Assembly (NCBI GenBank): GCA_902783535.1
Contig: CACZRJ010000052.1
Location: 1-27,822, forward strand
Source: an uncultured Ruminococcus sp.
GTDB taxonomy: Bacteria; Bacillota; Clostridia; Oscillospirales; CAG-382
Direction of reading: 5' to 3'
Length of the DNA: 27,822 nt
How positions within the stretch are numbered: the stretch's first letter is position 1; every line of letters starts with the position of its first letter. Positions 21,592-27,822 of this stretch are shown here, piece by piece. Under the pieces are notes generated by a model, which saw nothing but the letters and a program-made list of their open reading frames with translations, did no database searches and was not told where the DNA came from. A program made the position numbers and the translations under genes.

Positions 21592-22011
21592 ATGCCTACA
21601 TTCAATCAGCTGGTCAAACAGGGACGTCACGACAAGATCTACAAGTCCAAGGCTCCGGCTCTTCAGAAAGGAACGAACTCGATCAAAAACGTCAGCACGA
21701 GTCAGTCCGCTCCCCAGAAGAGAGGCGTTTGCACGAAAGTCGCAATCAAGACCCCGAAGAAGCCGAACTCCGCTCAGAGAAAGATCGCGAGAGTCAGACT
21801 TTCCAACGGCATGGAAGTGACTGCGTACATTCCCGGCATCGGACACAATCTCCAGGAACACTCCGTCGTACTGATTCGTGGAGGAAGAGTGAAAGACCTG
21901 CCTGGCGTACGTTACCACATTATCCGCGGAACGCTGGATACGCAGGGCGTCGCCAAGAGAAACCAAGCCCGTTCAAAATACGGCGCGAAGCGGCCGAAAG
22001 CCGCGAAGTAA
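21592..22011 (+). CDS. rpsL: 30S ribosomal protein S12
   Basis: [46 protein letters not shown]. Contains the Firmicutes-type insertion. SD GGAGG. Confidence 0.99.
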   Translation: MPTFNQLVKQGRHDKIYKSKAPALQKGTNSIKNVSTSQSAPQKRGVCTKVAIKTPKKPNSAQRKIARVRLSNGMEVTAYIPGIGHNLQEHSVVLIRGGRVKDLPGVRYHIIRGTLDTQGVAKRNQARSKYGAKRPKAAK

Positions 22012-22056
22012 GTCGGCTGAAAGCCGCAACACAACGTCCGAAAAAAACGGAAGAAT

Positions 22057-22179
22057 TTAGTGCTTAATTATCCGCGCCCCCGCATTCGCGGAGGATGACA
22101 GATACAGAGGAGCACTTGACGGAAGATTTTTTCGAGTACCTGTGAACTCATTGAAAGCGCAAAGATGCGCGATCACTAA
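22057..22179 (+). promoter_or_regulatory. Structured rpsL-rpsG spacer, candidate S7 autoregulatory RNA
   Basis: 186-nt spacer with several complementary segments; the closing helix ends 2 nt before the rpsG SD (see findings). Confidence 0.45.
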
Positions 22180-22197
22180 TGAAGGAGGGAAGTAAAA

Positions 22198-22668
22198 GTG
22201 CCCAGAAGAGAACATGGATTTAAAAGGGAAGTGCTGCCGGATCCGGTCTATGGTTCCCAGCTTGTCACCAAGCTGATCAACGGAATCATGGAAGACGGTA
22301 AGAAAGGCGTTGCACAGAAGATCGTCTACGACGCATTTGAAAAAGTAGCCGAAAAATCCGGACAGGACGCGCTTGAGATGTTCAACAAAGCGCTGGCAAA
22401 CATCATGCCCACTCTGGAAGTCAAGGCTGTTCGTCGCGGCGGTTCCAACTATCAGGTTCCTATGGAAGTTCGTCCTGAACGCCGTCAGACGCTCGGACTC
22501 CGCTGGCTCGTGAACTATGCGAGAGCAAGAAGCGAGAGAACAATGGCGGACCGTCTGTTCGGCGAGATCATGGATGCCGTGAACGGCACCGGCGGCGCTG
22601 TCAAGAAGAGAGAAGACACGCTGAAAATGGCAGAGGCGAACAAAGCTTTCGCGCATTACCGCTGGTAA
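22198..22668 (+). CDS. rpsG: 30S ribosomal protein S7
   Basis: GTG start after AAGGAGGG; [39 protein letters not shown]. Confidence 0.99.
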   Translation: MPRREHGFKREVLPDPVYGSQLVTKLINGIMEDGKKGVAQKIVYDAFEKVAEKSGQDALEMFNKALANIMPTLEVKAVRRGGSNYQVPMEVRPERRQTLGLRWLVNYARARSERTMADRLFGEIMDAVNGTGGAVKKREDTLKMAEANKAFAHYRW

Positions 22669-22709
22669 GCGCGGCCGCGTAGTCCGGACCTGTCAGAAGG
22701 AGAAAAAGA

Positions 22710-24788
<2,079 letters not shown>

Positions 24789-24854
24789 CATCCGTTCTCC
24801 GGCGATGCCGGCAAATACCTGCTTTCCCTGCGGGAGATCGAACAAAAATATCTC

Positions 24855-24882
24855 TTGACAGAAGGGAAAAATAAGGTATAAT
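24855..24882 (+). promoter_or_regulatory. Internal sigma-A promoter for tuf
   Basis: TTGACA-16 nt-TATAAT in the fusA-tuf spacer. Confidence 0.8.
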
Positions 24883-24933
24883 AAGAAGATGTAAAAAAAG
24901 AAGAATATCTCATTTTTTGGAGGAATTGTAACA

Positions 24934-26136
24934 ATGGCAAAAGCTAAGTTTGAAAAGACCAAGCCGCATGTTAACATTGGTACGATCGGACACATTGACC
25001 ACGGCAAAACCACTCTGACCGCAGCGATTACCAAAGTTCTTGCTCTGAGCGACCCGAACATCGAGTTCCTCGCTTACGACCAGATCGATAACGCTCCCGA
25101 AGAGAAAGCCAGAGGAATCACGATCAACACCAGACATGTTGAGTATCAGACAGCGAAGCGTCATTACGCCCATGTCGACTGCCCCGGCCACGCTGACTAT
25201 GTTAAAAACATGATCACCGGTGCTGCGCAGATGGACGGCGCGATCCTTGTCGTTGCGGCAAACGACGGCCCGATGCAGCAGACCCGTGAGCACATTCTGC
25301 TTGCCCGTCAGGTCGGCGTTCCGGCAATCGTTGTCTATATGAACAAAACGGACCTTGTTGACGACCCCGAACTGATCGAGATCGTTGAAATGGAAATCCG
25401 TGACCTGCTGTCCGAGTACGACTTCCCGGGCGATGACATTCCGATCATCCAGGGTTCCGCACGTCAGGCGCTTCTCAGCGATTCCAAAGATCCGAACGCT
25501 CCCGAATACGAATCCATTCACAAACTGATGGATGCAGTCGACGATTATATCCCGACTCCTCCGCGTGACGACACCAAGCCGTTCCTGATGCCTGTAGAAG
25601 ACGTCTTCTCCATCTCCGGACGCGGCACTGTCGCTACCGGCCGTGTCGAGCGTGGCGTTGTTAAGATGAACATGCCCGTCGAAATCGTCGGTATTCACGA
25701 GACCCGCAGCACTGTCGTTACCGGTATCGAAATGTTCCGTAAGATCATGGATTACGCGGAAGCCGGTGACAACGTCGGATGCCTGCTCCGTGGCGTTCAG
25801 AAGAAAGAAATCGAGAGAGGCCAGGTCCTGTGCGCTCCCGGTTCCGTTCATCCGCATACCAAATTCGTCGGCCAGGTCTACGTTCTGACCGAAAAAGAAG
25901 GCGGCCGTCATAAACCGTTCTTCTCCAACTATCGTCCTCAGTTCTACTTCCGCACCACCGACGTGACCGGCGTCATCACTCTGCCGGACGGCGTCGACAT
26001 GTGCAAACCCGGCGACAACGTCGAGATGAATGTCGAACTGATCACCCCGATCGCTATGGAGCAGAACCTCCGCTTCGCTATCCGTGAAGGCGGACGTACC
26101 GTAGGATCCGGTGTCGTTATCGAGATCAAGGAATAA
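24934..26136 (+). CDS. tuf: Elongation factor Tu
   Basis: [59 protein letters not shown]. Confidence 0.99.
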   Translation: MAKAKFEKTKPHVNIGTIGHIDHGKTTLTAAITKVLALSDPNIEFLAYDQIDNAPEEKARGITINTRHVEYQTAKRHYAHVDCPGHADYVKNMITGAAQMDGAILVVAANDGPMQQTREHILLARQVGVPAIVVYMNKTDLVDDPELIEIVEMEIRDLLSEYDFPGDDIPIIQGSARQALLSDSKDPNAPEYESIHKLMDAVDDYIPTPPRDDTKPFLMPVEDVFSISGRGTVATGRVERGVVKMNMPVEIVGIHETRSTVVTGIEMFRKIMDYAEAGDNVGCLLRGVQKKEIERGQVLCAPGSVHPHTKFVGQVYVLTEKEGGRHKPFFSNYRPQFYFRTTDVTGVITLPDGVDMCKPGDNVEMNVELITPIAMEQNLRFAIREGGRTVGSGVVIEIKE

Positions 26137-26167
26137 TTGGTTCTCACTGACGAAACGATCAAACAGT

Positions 26168-26207
26168 AAAAATTGCGCCGACCGCAAATTGCGGCCGGCG
26201 CATTTTT
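26168..26207. terminator. Bidirectional intrinsic terminator between convergent tuf and ribU
   Basis: AAAAAT-TGCGCCG-A-CCGCA-(AAT)-TGCGG-C-CGGCGCA-TTTTT: 12 pairs with one mismatch, an A tract on the left and a T tract on the right. Confidence 0.85.
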
Positions 26208-26236
26208 CGGAAAAAGCGATCGTGTTTCCCGGGAAA

Positions 26237-26917
26237 TCAGATGACTTTCGCGAGCGCGAGAGCAAACAGCACAGATGTGACGAGCAGGGCACCTCCAAGG
26301 ATATATACGCCGATGCTGATCTTGTGCGGTCCTGCTGCCCCGGATGCATCGGAAACCGGTTCCGGACGGATTTTTCGGATGACGCTGACAAGCGGCTTGT
26401 AAAGCAAAAGTGTGATGGCCATATTCAGACCGGCCTTCACGGCGTTGAAGGGGAGAAAAACGGGGAGGAGGAGCGCGGCGACCGCCTCTCTCGGAACGCC
26501 CTGATAAAAGGGCGTAACGATATAATTCCAAAGAAGCATCGCAAGAACCATTGCGGCTGCGCCTGCCGCCAGACCGACTACGGCCCCTCCTTTCGTCCTT
26601 TTCTTTTTGTAAATGAACGAAGCGGTGCAAACGAACGAACATGTGGACAGAACGTTCATAAGCATGCCGATTGGGCCGGTGGAACTGATGGTCAGCATCT
26701 CCAGAAGAGAGACGATCAGACTGATGGCGGCGGCCGGGATCGGACCGAGCATCATGCCGGCGATCGCGATCACGGCGTCTTTCAGATCCAGTTTGAGCGG
26801 CGGCATTTCCACAAGCGGCGGCATGACAAAATGGCATATCAATGCGACGACATAGGCCATTGCCGCAAACATCGCCGCCGTTGTGATCTGGCGCAACCCG
26901 TATTTCTTCTCTTTCAT
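26237..26917 (-). CDS. ribU: ECF transporter S component, riboflavin-specific (RibU-like)
   Basis: Highly hydrophobic; AMFAAMAYV, LKLDLKD, GPIG..N, WNYIVTPFY, LPFNAVKA. Start at ATG 26917 after AAAGGAG. Substrate inferred from the upstream FMN riboswitch. Confidence 0.88.
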   Translation of the reverse strand: MKEKKYGLRQITTAAMFAAMAYVVALICHFVMPPLVEMPPLKLDLKDAVIAIAGMMLGPIPAAAISLIVSLLEMLTISSTGPIGMLMNVLSTCSFVCTASFIYKKKRTKGGAVVGLAAGAAAMVLAMLLWNYIVTPFYQGVPREAVAALLLPVFLPFNAVKAGLNMAITLLLYKPLVSVIRKIRPEPVSDASGAAGPHKISIGVYILGGALLVTSVLFALALAKVI

Positions 26918-26941
26918 AGCCGTTTCTCCTTTGAAAACATG

Positions 26942-26968
26942 CGCCCCGAACATCATCTGTTCGGGGCG
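26942..26968 (-). terminator. Riboswitch expression-platform hairpin (probable terminator)
   Basis: 11-bp stem CGCCCCGAACA/TGTTCGGGGCG followed by CATGTTTTC, just upstream of the ribU SD. Confidence 0.7.
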
Positions 26969-26987
26969 AAAATACGATTGAGTTCAA

Positions 26988-27106
26988 CCGTCCTCTCTCA
27001 TCCAGACTTTCACTGTCGGTACCGGAATCGCACCGGTTCGGTCGCGTGTGAACGCGATTCGCGGACTATACCGCCGGTGGGGAATTGCACCCCGCCCTGA
27101 AGACAA
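26988..27106 (-). ncRNA. FMN riboswitch (RFN element)
   Basis: Minus strand reads GTCTTCAGGGCGGGGTGCAATTCCCCACCGGCGGTATAGTCCGCGA...CCGGTGCGATTCCGGTACCGACAGTGAAAGTCTGGATGAGAGAGGAC, matching the RFN consensus blocks. P1 is GTCTTC/GAGGAC. Confidence 0.97.
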
Positions 27107-27110
27107 AAGC

Positions 27111-27139
27111 AAGATAACACATTTCGGAACGATTGTCAA
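27111..27139 (-). promoter_or_regulatory. Sigma-A promoter for the FMN riboswitch-ribU transcript
   Basis: Minus strand TTGACA-17 nt-TATCTT with a TGn extension; predicted +1 falls at the start of P1. Confidence 0.8.
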
Positions 27140-27419
27140 CCGGTTTTTTCGAAAGAAAACATTGTTCGTTCCGGCAGTTGCATCCACCGGGCGGGAGGCG
27201 AAGGGATGCCTGGAATTCGTTGCATTCCCCATTGCCTTCTTCGATCATGTGGTAGAATCGCATTCAGCGGGATCAAAGAAGGAATTCCGCCAAGTGCTCT
27301 TCCGGACCTAGGGGCAGGGCGCAATGTGAAACAACCGTATCGGGGAGGAGACCACATGGATCAGATATTCCGACCGATAATACTGTTTTTTGAAAGAGAC
27401 TCCGTTTCTCCCGACGGCC

Positions 27420-27620
27420 TGGATCTTTCGCCAATCGAAAAATGCGGAGCGAATGTGGGGATTGCGGAAACTCGGGATACCCGAATGGATGGCAAGGCAG
27501 TCAGTAGCATTCAATAACCACTATCAGGCGGTATCGAAAACCACAGGACTGCGCCACATAAGCAAAGAGATCCTCGCAAGACGAGGACTCCTAAGCTGTT
27601 TGGATTATTACTTGAGTTGA
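27420..27620 (+). pseudogene. C-terminal (X/thumb, maturase) fragment of a group II intron reverse transcriptase
   Basis: WIFRQSK...WGLRKLGIPEWMARQSVAFNNHYQAVSKTTGLRHISKEILARRGLLSCLDYYLS* fits the W..K...LRKLG...L...GL.S...YY ending of IIC intron proteins. The stop abuts domain V. Confidence 0.8.
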
Positions 27621-27685
27621 ACCGCCGTATGCCGAACGGCACGTACGGTGGTGTGGGAGGGGGAATTCATTTCCCCCTACCCGAT
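27619..27685 (+). ncRNA. Group II intron domains V and VI
   Basis: DV GAACCGCCGTATGCCGAACGGCACGTACGGTGGT has the CGC triad (27623-27625), GAAC loop and AC bulge. DVI GGGAGGGGGAA-TTCAT-TTCCCCCT(A)CCC has a bulged A at 27679. Ends CCCGAT. Confidence 0.95.
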
Positions 27686-27695
27686 TTATCCTGAA

Positions 27696-27822
27696 TTAAG
27701 ACAGTCCCAAAGCTTTCATCATCCAGTCGTTTCTATTTTTCAGCCAGGTCCTCAGATAATTGATCTCGGACGCATAAGTGCCGTCCGTCGGGATACGCTC
27801 AAGGTCGCTGTAAACCGCGGAG
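27696..27822 (-). CDS. C-terminal 41 aa of a probable CotH kinase-family protein (partial, enters from the right edge)
   Basis: Manual translation SAVYSDLERIPTDGTYASEINYLRTWLKNRNDWMMKALGLS*. The TY..E..YL..WL..R..WM pattern is typical of CotH C-termini, but only a short fragment is visible. Confidence 0.5.
   Translation of the reverse strand, partial: SAVYSDLERIPTDGTYASEINYLRTWLKNRNDWMMKALGLS

Larger units (their letters stand above)
27390..27685 (+). mobile_element. Truncated group II intron, bacterial class C (IIC); left boundary uncertain
   Basis: Maturase C-terminal remnant immediately followed by domains V and VI and the 3' terminal AT. No RT domains and no GUGYG 5' end found. Confidence 0.9.

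Noticed and set aside
24934-26136. EF-Tu variants [17 protein letters not shown]
   Set aside because: Conservative or known-variable positions; all GTPase motifs are intact.

Overview
This is a core-genome region from a Clostridia-like (Bacillota) bacterium; the assignment is inferred from the IspH-S1 fusion, ybxF, the Firmicutes-type S12 insertion and RecD2. On the minus strand, cmk is followed by the ispH-rpsA fusion. A separate, tightly packed run follows: recD2, a DUF6259-like putative glycoside hydrolase, a YqeG-type phosphatase, endonuclease IV, a SanA/DUF218 protein, prmA and ligA (cut by the window edge). A small tetR + Gfo/Idh/MocA oxidoreductase module sits between cmk and rpoB. The plus strand carries rpoB-rpoC-ybxF-rpsL-rpsG-fusA-tuf, with near-consensus sigma-A promoters before rpoB, rpsL and tuf. 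The right end holds an FMN riboswitch controlling a RibU-type ECF S component, a truncated class IIC group II intron (intact domains V/VI plus a maturase C-terminal remnant), and the 3' end of a probable CotH-family gene. I did not find a convincing, clearly novel multi-gene system. The best leads, all speculative, are the orphan glycosidase-like gene in an operon with DNA repair genes, two structured leaders (rpoB 5' UTR and rpsL-rpsG spacer), the intron remnant, and a few unusual substitutions at conserved RNAP and S12 positions.
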